Assembly: GCA_026396515.1 (NCBI GenBank)
Contig: JAPLWQ010000003.1
Coordinates: 99,569-163,568 of the forward strand
DNA from: Candidatus Magasanikiibacteriota bacterium
GTDB lineage: Bacteria > Patescibacteriota > Patescibacteriia > Magasanikbacterales > GWA2-37-8
Length of the DNA: 64,000 nucleotides
Direction: 5' to 3'
The notes beneath the pieces were generated by a model that worked only from the letters and a program-made list of their open reading frames with translations, did not search any database and was not told the DNA's origin. The translations under genes were made by a program, and so were the position numbers. Positions 1 to 8,353 of the stretch are shown here, in pieces (position 1 is the first letter of the stretch; each line of letters begins with the position of its first letter).

Positions 1-2
1 AA

Positions 3-923
3 AATATACGAGAAATTGAGCACAATGGCCTATTGTGGGTTAACGTGGCAAGACAAACTGAAAAGGATTTGGTTCAAATTCAAAAACGATTTGGGCTGCT
101 TGAGCAGGATATTCAAGAAAGTTTGCCGCCGTTTCAGCGTGCGAAAATTGTAAAAAGAGATAATTATTATTTCATGGTTTTGCATTTTCCGGTTTATAAC
201 CGCAATACCATGCGCCTCGGCTTTACGGAGGTCGATTTCTTCCTTAGCGCAAATTACATAGTTACTGTTCACGACTCGCGTTTGCCGGTTTTGGATCAAT
301 TTTTTAATGAATGTAAGAAATATCCGGAGCACAGGCAAAATTATTTCAGCGGCACTGCCGTTCATACCCTATTTGAGCTTTTGACCCGGCTGCTCGACTC
401 GATTTTCCCGATTCTTTTGCATGTTAATGAAGACATAAACACAGTTGATAAAAAATTGTTCACAAAATTTACCGGCCGGCAAATGGCTGAAGAGATACTA
501 AGGTTAAAAACAAATATTGTAACTTTCCGGCGTACGATGCAGGGCCACCGTACCGTCCTTGAACGCCTTATTATGTATAGCGGCCGGGAGCTGGACCTGA
601 TGGCTTACCAGAACTATATTAATAATTTGCGGGAATTTACCAATGAAATTTGGCACATGCTGGAAAGTCAGAAAGAAAGCATTAATGCTTTACACGAAAC
701 AAATGAATCAATCGTCAGTTTGCGCACCAATGAGGTGATGAAGACACTGACCATTATTTCAGTTATTACTTTTCCATTAACGCTAATTGCTACAGTATTT
801 GCCATTGATGCCAACGGCCGGCCGTTTGTTGATATGCCGTATGGATTTTATCTTATTTGCGGGTTGATGGCCCTGGGCGTTATAATGATGGTGGGTATAT
901 TTAAAAAGAAAGATTGGTTGTAA
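3..923 (+). CDS. corA: CorA/ZntB-family divalent cation transporter (5' partial; frame open to window start)
   Basis: Soluble N-domain (EVDFFLSANYIVTVH), 'NEVMKTLTIISVITFPLTLI' helix, two C-terminal TM helices and KKKDWL tail; GMN signature replaced by AID. Confidence 0.85.
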   Translation, partial: NIREIEHNGLLWVNVARQTEKDLVQIQKRFGLLEQDIQESLPPFQRAKIVKRDNYYFMVLHFPVYNRNTMRLGFTEVDFFLSANYIVTVHDSRLPVLDQFFNECKKYPEHRQNYFSGTAVHTLFELLTRLLDSIFPILLHVNEDINTVDKKLFTKFTGRQMAEEILRLKTNIVTFRRTMQGHRTVLERLIMYSGRELDLMAYQNYINNLREFTNEIWHMLESQKESINALHETNESIVSLRTNEVMKTLTIISVITFPLTLIATVFAIDANGRPFVDMPYGFYLICGLMALGVIMMVGIFKKKDWL

Positions 924-957
924 AAAATCGCCCCGACATTGGTCGTGGCGATTTTTT
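922..957. terminator. Bidirectional intrinsic terminator between convergent genes
   Basis: AAAAAATCGCC..CGAC-loop-GTCG..GGCGATTTTTT inverted repeat with A/T tracts at both ends. Confidence 0.7.
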
Positions 958-984
958 GTCCGCTTCTTGCGGATTTTTTTATAG

Positions 985-3231
985 CTATTTTATTTTTATT
1001 TCGTAAATTTTATTTGAGTCCAACACATAGGCGGTACCCTTTGACTCTTCCACCGCAAAAGAGGACGGTCCGGTGAAATCTTCGGCGGTCATCTGCCGTA
1101 AAAGCTTTCCGGTTTTGTCATAAATTATTACCCGCTTGTTTTTTGCATCAAGCAGGTAGATATTGTTAAGATCTGTGTAAGTCCAAATTTCGTTTGCCGA
1201 ATCGAGTGGAGGTTCAGGCGGTTCCAAATTTAGCGGCTGGGGTTCTCCCTGGGTGAATTTATACAGCTCCCCGGTTGCTTTAAGAATGTACATATCTCCG
1301 TCTATAGCCATATCAACGCCATCGCGAATGTTCAAAGTTGAATTTGTCAGCCAGTCTTTTCCCTGCCCGAATCCGCCTTTAATATTATCGTGCCGGTAAA
1401 TTTGGTTTGCCGCCACGTCCAGCGTGTATAGGCGCCGGTTATAAACAATCAGCGATTTGATTTCCGGGGCTCCGGCATAGCTGATTTCGCCCTTCTTAAT
1501 ACTTGCGGTTTTTGGGTCAAATATGACAATTGTTTTTTTATCAGAGGAAAGAAGCACTGCATAGTCGTTTTCTTTTGGCACAGCACCGGCTATAAATCCG
1601 TTAAGTGCATTTTCTGACGCGATAATAAATTTATTTTCTTTTGTTAATAGATCGTAGACCGCCACAGTAGAAGTATTTGATGCAAAACCAATTAATTTAC
1701 TTTCAACCTTGACGATTTTTTCGACCGTGCCAAAACCAAGCGCGCCCCAATCAACCACCAGCGCGGCTGCAACCGTATCCATTCTTCTTAACTTTTGCGT
1801 TAAGGTTGCCAGGCGGCCGGATATTTCGCTGCAAATTTGCTTATCAGCCGGTTGACAAACAAAATTCGCCAGAAGATTTTTCGCCTCATTTGCCTGCTGT
1901 TTTGCGCTATTTTCGTCGCCATATATTAAGGCGCTCTCTGCCGCGTCCGTCTGGTTCTTTACCAATTGGAGCCCTTCGCGATAAGCCTGGTTTGCTTCTA
2001 TCCGATTTTTTTGCGTTTGAAGATATAGAACGCTGCCGATAAATACGACGGCCACAGTAATTGATGCGATCGCCAAAATTTTTGTGATCAATGGAAGCTC
2101 GTTCATGCGCCGCTTAAAAGCACGAATACTGTCCGCCCATGATTCAAGGATGGCCCGACGGCGGTTTTGCAAATTAGTGGCGACGAAAAAAAGCATGATA
2201 ATAAGCCGCCCCAGATTAACTATCAATTTTGCCAAAATGAAGAAAAAATAATAAACGCCGTAGCCAATATAGCGCAGGCCTTTTCCGATAATTTTTATGG
2301 CTGAAATAATTTTTGGGCCGATTGGTTCTGCCGTTTTTATCACCGGGCGCTGTTTAAGATGGGCGGAAGCTGTTTGAGGCACAATCTTTTCAGTGACCGG
2401 CGCAGCGTCATCATCATCTTCTTTATCATCCGTTCGCATCTTATTGTTTATATTGTCAAATAAAGAAGGGGACAAGGTGCGGGCGGTTTTTTGCTCAGCG
2501 TTAAAAATAGTATTTTCACTTGCCACTTTGGCGATTTTTTCAGTTTTTACAATGTCGGTTTCCGGGGAAAAATGGATTATTAGACCGCCGAAAGAGTAGC
2601 CGTTTTTAATGCCGGCGAGAACTTTTTCGAAATGTTCGGCGCTTTGTTCAGTGGTGCGGCCGCCCGCTATTATTTTTTGAAGACGGTCGTGGTTAAAACA
2701 GCTGGCAATGTGGGAAGTGCCGACAAAAAAATAGTCGCCCGGGCTGACGCGGCCTTGGATGATTTGCGAAAAAAGTTTGTCCTCACCGGCATCCTCTTCA
2801 TTGGCCGCCACTAAATCCATCTTTTGAAATTGGCCGGATTTGTTTTTGTAAAACAACAGCGCCTCCGGATGTCCGCAAAAGGAAAAAACCAGCTCATTTC
2901 CCCGCAGGGCGCCGACCAGGCAGTGTAAATCCGCCTCCGGCCTGGTTAAAGCGAAATTTTCATGATTGATTTTGTCCAATATTACTTCCAGTGCATCCTT
3001 ATTTGGTTCGTTAGGTATTTCGTAGTAATCATTTTCCACCTGGTCCATCAGTGCTTGGAGGTTGACCACGTCTTCCTTGTCTCCGTTGTTGATTTCACAG
3101 GCGACAAAAAAATAGCCCTTTTCCTTTTCTTCTTCCGGGGTAGAGGGCTGTATAATATGCAATAAAACGTGTGAAAGCTCTTGGTTATCGCCTTCAACAA
3201 AAAATTCGTTTAATTGAAGCACAGAGTTCAT
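985..3231 (-). CDS. Membrane-anchored protein: N-terminal PP2C-like domain, central TM segments, C-terminal NHL/beta-propeller (CPR-type hypothetical)
   Basis: 748 aa ORF; hydrophobic stretches mid-protein; propeller-like repeats (LYTLD..NQIYRH, DMAIDGDMYIL, IYLLDAKNKRVIIYDKTG, YVLDSNKIY). Confidence 0.65.
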   Translation of the reverse strand: MNSVLQLNEFFVEGDNQELSHVLLHIIQPSTPEEEKEKGYFFVACEINNGDKEDVVNLQALMDQVENDYYEIPNEPNKDALEVILDKINHENFALTRPEADLHCLVGALRGNELVFSFCGHPEALLFYKNKSGQFQKMDLVAANEEDAGEDKLFSQIIQGRVSPGDYFFVGTSHIASCFNHDRLQKIIAGGRTTEQSAEHFEKVLAGIKNGYSFGGLIIHFSPETDIVKTEKIAKVASENTIFNAEQKTARTLSPSLFDNINNKMRTDDKEDDDDAAPVTEKIVPQTASAHLKQRPVIKTAEPIGPKIISAIKIIGKGLRYIGYGVYYFFFILAKLIVNLGRLIIMLFFVATNLQNRRRAILESWADSIRAFKRRMNELPLITKILAIASITVAVVFIGSVLYLQTQKNRIEANQAYREGLQLVKNQTDAAESALIYGDENSAKQQANEAKNLLANFVCQPADKQICSEISGRLATLTQKLRRMDTVAAALVVDWGALGFGTVEKIVKVESKLIGFASNTSTVAVYDLLTKENKFIIASENALNGFIAGAVPKENDYAVLLSSDKKTIVIFDPKTASIKKGEISYAGAPEIKSLIVYNRRLYTLDVAANQIYRHDNIKGGFGQGKDWLTNSTLNIRDGVDMAIDGDMYILKATGELYKFTQGEPQPLNLEPPEPPLDSANEIWTYTDLNNIYLLDAKNKRVIIYDKTGKLLRQMTAEDFTGPSSFAVEESKGTAYVLDSNKIYEIKIK

Positions 3232-3362
3232 AAGGCCTCTTTGACTAAATACGTCTTTTATTATACTATATATGCGAAATGGCGTCCATTAAATAGTGGA
3301 TATTCAAGGCATCAGAATAATGGAAAAAAAACGTTAAATTATATCAAATCTGAAGCAAATGT

Positions 3363-3956
3363 ATGCTTGAACACATTTTTGGTTCAAGGACCAGGTTAAA
3401 AATGCTGCAGCTTTTTTTGGCGCACCCGGAAAAGGCTTATTTTGTGCGTGAATTATCCAGATTGATTGGAGTGCAATTAAATGCGGTCCGCCGCGAAATT
3501 GTCAATTTGGAGCATATTGGGCTTATCGCGCCTGTCACCCTGAAGTCGGATTATCCTGAAGGCGGGGGGCGCTGTAAATATTATCGCATGCAAAGCGACA
3601 GCATGCTGTATCCGGAATTCAAAGAATTAATTTCCAAAGTCCAGATTCTTGAAGAGAGAGAATTTGTGGAGCAGTTAAAAAAACGGGCGGGAAAGATTAA
3701 ATTCTTAATTCTGACCGGGTATTTTACCGGAGAAAAAGATGCTGAATCGGACATGCTTATTGTCGGTGAAGTTAAACCGGCCGTAGTAGCCAAATTGGTC
3801 CGCGAATTTGAAAAAAATATCAGCCGCGAGATGCGTTATACCGTAATGTCGCACAGCGAATTTACCGACCGCCGTGAAATTGGAGATAAGTTTCTTTATG
3901 GTTTGCTTGAAGCCAGACACATAACTGCTGTTGACGAATATCGTCTGGTGAATTGA
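3363..3956 (+). CDS. Winged-HTH transcriptional regulator with degenerate nucleotidyltransferase-like C-terminal domain
   Basis: FGSRTRLKML...YFVRELSRLIG.QLNAVRREI HTH; C-terminal 'LTGYF...DMLIVG' resembles the MNT fold. Confidence 0.65.
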   Translation: MLEHIFGSRTRLKMLQLFLAHPEKAYFVRELSRLIGVQLNAVRREIVNLEHIGLIAPVTLKSDYPEGGGRCKYYRMQSDSMLYPEFKELISKVQILEEREFVEQLKKRAGKIKFLILTGYFTGEKDAESDMLIVGEVKPAVVAKLVREFEKNISREMRYTVMSHSEFTDRREIGDKFLYGLLEARHITAVDEYRLVN

Positions 3957-3962
3957 TCTTAT

Positions 3963-4337
3963 ATGAAAGTAATTATTGACAATTCCGGGGACGGCCAAAC
4001 TGTTTTTTATCTGAAAGAAAAAAAGGTATGGATAAAAGAAGTCAGCAGTTGGGCAAAATCGTTATTGGCTTGTCTGGAGTTTGTTCTTAAAAAACACAGG
4101 AGAAAAATAAATGATCTTTCGGGAGTGGCCGTAGTGGTTGGCGTCGGCAGATTTACGGCTGAACGGATTGCCGCCACTGTGGCGAATACCCTGGCTTTTG
4201 CTCTGAATATTCCGGTTGTCGCACTGCCGAAGGCAAATACAGTTGTTGCCGACAAAAAGTTTTTATCGGCTCGGCGCGGTGTGTATATCAGCGCCAAATA
4301 CAGCGGCGAAGCTCATATTGGCGGAAAGAATAAATAA
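3963..4337 (+). CDS. tsaB: Short TsaB/YeaZ-like protein (t6A synthesis accessory)
   Basis: 'INDLSGVAVVVGVGRFTAERIAATVANTLAFALNIPV' matches the TsaB G.GSFTG.R...A..LA....P motif; only 124 aa. Confidence 0.6.
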   Translation: MKVIIDNSGDGQTVFYLKEKKVWIKEVSSWAKSLLACLEFVLKKHRRKINDLSGVAVVVGVGRFTAERIAATVANTLAFALNIPVVALPKANTVVADKKFLSARRGVYISAKYSGEAHIGGKNK

Positions 4338-4343
4338 CCAAGT

Positions 4344-5837
4344 ATGCTTATATCCGATTATCATAAATACCGCTTGTGCGAAATACTTCCCGGATTAAGC
4401 ATCTGGCTCACTCTGGCGCTTGCGGTAATACTGTCCTTTGTCAAGCCGCTATGGATGATTTATTTCATTATCGTATTTGATGTTTATTGGGTGCTGCGTG
4501 TGGTCTACTTTTCTTTTTATCTTATTTTGTCCTGGCGGCGATTCCGTATGGCGTTAAGAACCGATTGGCTGAATAAACTAAGAAATGAATTTCCGAATTG
4601 GGAAGAGAAAAAAAATGTTATTTTTTTGCCGCTTTACAATGAGGAATTTATCGTGATACAGGCAACGCTCGAAGCAATACTCAAATCAACCTATCCGGCT
4701 GAAAAGATGACAATAGTATTTTCCGGAGAGGCGCGCAATTTGCCGCATTGGCAAAATATGCAGCCGCAAATAATGAAATTGTATCAGGAAAGATTCGCCG
4801 ATATTGTATATTACACTCATCCGGCCAATTTGCCGGGCGAGATAGCCGGAAAAGGATCGAACCTGCATTACATGGAGTATCAGTTTAAAAAATATGCCGA
4901 TGAACGCGGTTGGAATTATATGAACATTATTGTTTCGGCATTTGACGTGGATACGGTGGTGCACGAACAGTATTTTGCTCATTTAAATTATATGTATTGC
5001 CGGCACCCCAGGCCGGACCACAGTTCTTTCCAGCCAGTCACATTGTACAACAACAACCTCTGGGAATCGCCGTCGGTTTTGCGCATCATGGCGTTTGGCA
5101 CCACTTTCTGGACAATGTTTTCTCTGGCCCGGTTGGATAATATGGTCACTTTTTCTTCGCACAGCATGAGTTTTAAGGCGCTGATGGATTGCGGCGGCCA
5201 TGCCAAAGATATTGTCAGTGAGGATTCGCGAATTTTTTATCAATGCTGGTTCAGCAATCAGGGCGATTATGAAGTTACGCCGTTATATATTCCGGTTTCC
5301 ATGGACACGGCGCGCGATGATAAATTGCTTAAAAGTTTAAAAAATTTATATTATCAACAGAGGCGCTGGGCCTGGGGGGTGGAGCATGTTCCTTATCTGA
5401 TGTGGCAATGGGGAAAATTTCCGCAAATTGGCCGGTTAAAAAAACTGGCTATGATATTTCATGAGTGGGAAGGAAAATGGAGTTGGGCGCTTGTGGCCAT
5501 ACTTATCACTTTGCTCGGCCGTCTGCCTTTGTGGGTGGCGCAGGAAGAGGTAAGGCAAAGCGCGTTGTTTTTCAACACGCCGCATGTTCTGGAAATAATG
5601 ATGACGGTGGCCATGCTCGGGTTGTTTATTTCAGCCATTATGTCCATGCTTATTTTGCCGCGCCGGCCGATAGGACACTCGCGCTATATGTATCTGATAA
5701 TGATTTTACAATGGGCTTTGCTCCCGGTATCCCTGATAGTTTTTTCAGCCATTCCCTGCATCGATGCGGTTACCCATTTAATGTTCGGAAAATATCTTGG
5801 TTTCAACGTATCTGCTAAAAAAAGGGCAGCAGTATAA
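4344..5837 (+). CDS. Processive GT2-family membrane glycosyltransferase
   Basis: PLYNEE, GKGSNL, DVD, SED and QQRRW motifs (D,D,D,QxxRW); N- and C-terminal TM helices. Confidence 0.85.
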   Translation: MLISDYHKYRLCEILPGLSIWLTLALAVILSFVKPLWMIYFIIVFDVYWVLRVVYFSFYLILSWRRFRMALRTDWLNKLRNEFPNWEEKKNVIFLPLYNEEFIVIQATLEAILKSTYPAEKMTIVFSGEARNLPHWQNMQPQIMKLYQERFADIVYYTHPANLPGEIAGKGSNLHYMEYQFKKYADERGWNYMNIIVSAFDVDTVVHEQYFAHLNYMYCRHPRPDHSSFQPVTLYNNNLWESPSVLRIMAFGTTFWTMFSLARLDNMVTFSSHSMSFKALMDCGGHAKDIVSEDSRIFYQCWFSNQGDYEVTPLYIPVSMDTARDDKLLKSLKNLYYQQRRWAWGVEHVPYLMWQWGKFPQIGRLKKLAMIFHEWEGKWSWALVAILITLLGRLPLWVAQEEVRQSALFFNTPHVLEIMMTVAMLGLFISAIMSMLILPRRPIGHSRYMYLIMILQWALLPVSLIVFSAIPCIDAVTHLMFGKYLGFNVSAKKRAAV

Positions 5838-5839
5838 AT

Positions 5840-7324
5840 ATGACTTTTAAAAGATTTGTAAAAATTTCATTTCTGACGATTCTCGCCCTGCTTGTCGCCG
5901 GCGGTACTTTTATATTTTTTTGGTATCGCTCCGGCGGTCTTCAGCAAACTGTAATTCAAAAAATCGGCAAGCAATTTTTGTCTATTGATGAAAATACGCC
6001 CCCGGAAAACGGACAGACGTCCATTGACGGGGCAGCCGCCACTAATTTTGTACAAGAATTTTTTGGCTTGAGGGAGCCGCAGACATATTTGATAATGTTT
6101 TTGAACAATACCGAACTTCGGCCCGGCGGAGGCTTCATCGGAACATACGCAGTGGTGACTATGGATAAGGCCAATCCGAATATTGCAAAAGTTGAGGGCA
6201 CGGAAGTTCTTGATAATTTAGCGCCAAAGAATTTTCCTTCTGAGCCGCCGGCGCCGATCCGCGAATATCTTGGGCTGGACCGCTGGTATTTCCGCGATTC
6301 AAATTGGTCGCCGGATTTTAAAATATCGGCCGCCAAATCTCTTGACCTTTATCGCAAAGAAAATGGCGTTTTGGCAGACGATATAGATGCCGTCATCGGG
6401 TTTACTCCCACGCTGGTTGAAGATTTACTGCGCATTTCCGGTCCGGTCACGGTAAACGAAGTGGAGTTTACCGCGGATAATTTTACCGAGAAATTGGAAT
6501 ATGAGGTGGAGTACGGATTTGCCAAGAAAAATGTTCCTTTTGAACAGCGTAAAAAAATGCTGGCCGATTTGGCAAAAACAGTGATCATAAGCACAGCCAA
6601 AAACGCATTTTTGCATTGGGGAGAATATAAGGATCTGGTGGAAAAAATGCTGGCGGAAAAACAGATGATGGTTTATTCGCCCAATCAGGATTTTCAGAAA
6701 ATTTTTGAGAGCAAAAATTGGGCCGGTGAAATGTCCGGTGTAAGCTATGACTATTTAATGTGGGTTGATGCCAATCTTGGCGCGCTTAAAACCGACTGGG
6801 CGATTGAGCGGGAATTGACCTATGGGCTCAACCAGATAAGCGACGGACGTTATGTGGCAAAAGCAAAAATGACTTTTAATCATCGTGGTAAATTTGACTG
6901 GCGCACCACCAGATATCGTGACTACGCCCGCGTTTATGTGCCGGTGGGCAGTAAATTAATCAGAGTGAACGGTTCTATGAAATCGGATAAAAGTTCGGAC
7001 CCCGGTGTTGTTGACCAGGGTATAGAAAATGGCCGTCAATGGTTCGGTGCTTTTATCTCTATTGAACCTGGACGCACCGGAGAGCTGTCCTTTGAATACT
7101 TTGTGTCGCCGGAAGTGGTGCAACGGCTTAAAGCCAATGACTATCGTCTGTTTGTTCAAAAACAACTCGGCACGAATAATGTAAAATTATCGTTTCAATT
7201 AAATTTATCCAATATTTTGGCGTTTGCCTCTCCGGGAGAACCGTCCGGAAGACATGGTGACAATAAATATGAAAATAGCATGATTCTTAAAAAAGATATT
7301 GAATTGGAGGTTAGAACTAAATAA
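5840..7324 (+). CDS. DUF4012-domain surface protein
   Basis: N-terminal anchor; 'YLIMFLNNTELRPGGGFIG', 'RDSNWSPDF', 'DANLGALKTD', 'YARVYVPVGS', 'QKQLG' motifs. Confidence 0.8.
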   Translation: MTFKRFVKISFLTILALLVAGGTFIFFWYRSGGLQQTVIQKIGKQFLSIDENTPPENGQTSIDGAAATNFVQEFFGLREPQTYLIMFLNNTELRPGGGFIGTYAVVTMDKANPNIAKVEGTEVLDNLAPKNFPSEPPAPIREYLGLDRWYFRDSNWSPDFKISAAKSLDLYRKENGVLADDIDAVIGFTPTLVEDLLRISGPVTVNEVEFTADNFTEKLEYEVEYGFAKKNVPFEQRKKMLADLAKTVIISTAKNAFLHWGEYKDLVEKMLAEKQMMVYSPNQDFQKIFESKNWAGEMSGVSYDYLMWVDANLGALKTDWAIERELTYGLNQISDGRYVAKAKMTFNHRGKFDWRTTRYRDYARVYVPVGSKLIRVNGSMKSDKSSDPGVVDQGIENGRQWFGAFISIEPGRTGELSFEYFVSPEVVQRLKANDYRLFVQKQLGTNNVKLSFQLNLSNILAFASPGEPSGRHGDNKYENSMILKKDIELEVRTK

Positions 7325-7325
7325 T

Positions 7326-8333
7326 ATGTTTATAAAAAAAGTCGGAGTTGATCTCGGCACAAATAATGTTCGCGTTTATGTGCCGAAAAAAGGAGTAGTA
7401 ATTAATGAACCGTCGGTAGTGGCAATTTCCAAAAATGATGGAAAAATTTTGGCTGTCGGTTTGGAAGCGAAAGATATGCTGGGCCGCACTCCGGACTCAA
7501 TTTCCGCCGAGCATCCGCTTAAAGAAGGGGTGATTGCCAATTACAAAACCACTGAAGCGATGCTGCGGTATTTTATTAATAAAGCTTTGGGCGGCGTGCA
7601 CCTATTCAGGCCGGAAGTAATGGTGGCGGTTCCGAGCGGTATTACTTCAACCGAACGCCGCGCTGTGATAGATGCGACCATTGCCGCCGGTGCGCGTGCC
7701 GCATATCTGATTAAAGCTCCACTGGTTGCCGCCATCGGCGCGGATATTCCCATTGGTGCCGCGTCAGGACATATGGTGATTGATGTTGGCGGCGGTACAT
7801 CTGAGATTGCCGTGATATCGCTGGGCGGCATTGTCGCCAGCGGTTCAGTTCGCATTGGCGGAAATAAATTTGACCAAGCCATCGCCGAGTATATCAGAAG
7901 AAAGTATAACCTGGCCGTAGGCGTACACACGGCGGAAGAAATAAAAACCAGCGTCGGCTCGGCCATGTTTATGGGCAAGCCGTTAACCGCAGAAATTAAA
8001 GGGCAGGATATGGTTTCCGGATTGCCGCGAATTGTCACCGTTACTTCCGATGATGTCACTGAAGCGCTTCAACATGATTTAGAATTATTAATGAAAGCGA
8101 TTAAAGATGTTTTGCACGATACTCCACCTGAACTTTCTGCCGACGTGATGGACAAGGGGATAGTACTAACGGGCGGTTCAGCGCAACTTCGCCATCTGTC
8201 GGATTTAGTTACTGAAACAACCGGTGTGCCGACCTATGTGGCTGAAGATCCGTTGTTTTGTGCTGTAAAAGGTACGGGTACGGCTTTGGAAAATATTGAC
8301 AGCTACAAGAGAAGTATTTTAGCGACAAGATAA
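7326..8333 (+). CDS. mreB: Rod shape-determining protein MreB/Mbl
   Basis: GVDLGTNN, INEPSVVA, DVGGGTSE, LTGGSAQL actin-fold motifs; start moved to ATG at 7326. Confidence 0.93.
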   Translation: MFIKKVGVDLGTNNVRVYVPKKGVVINEPSVVAISKNDGKILAVGLEAKDMLGRTPDSISAEHPLKEGVIANYKTTEAMLRYFINKALGGVHLFRPEVMVAVPSGITSTERRAVIDATIAAGARAAYLIKAPLVAAIGADIPIGAASGHMVIDVGGGTSEIAVISLGGIVASGSVRIGGNKFDQAIAEYIRRKYNLAVGVHTAEEIKTSVGSAMFMGKPLTAEIKGQDMVSGLPRIVTVTSDDVTEALQHDLELLMKAIKDVLHDTPPELSADVMDKGIVLTGGSAQLRHLSDLVTETTGVPTYVAEDPLFCAVKGTGTALENIDSYKRSILATR

Positions 8334-8353
8334 TAATCTAATATTTTTTATAT

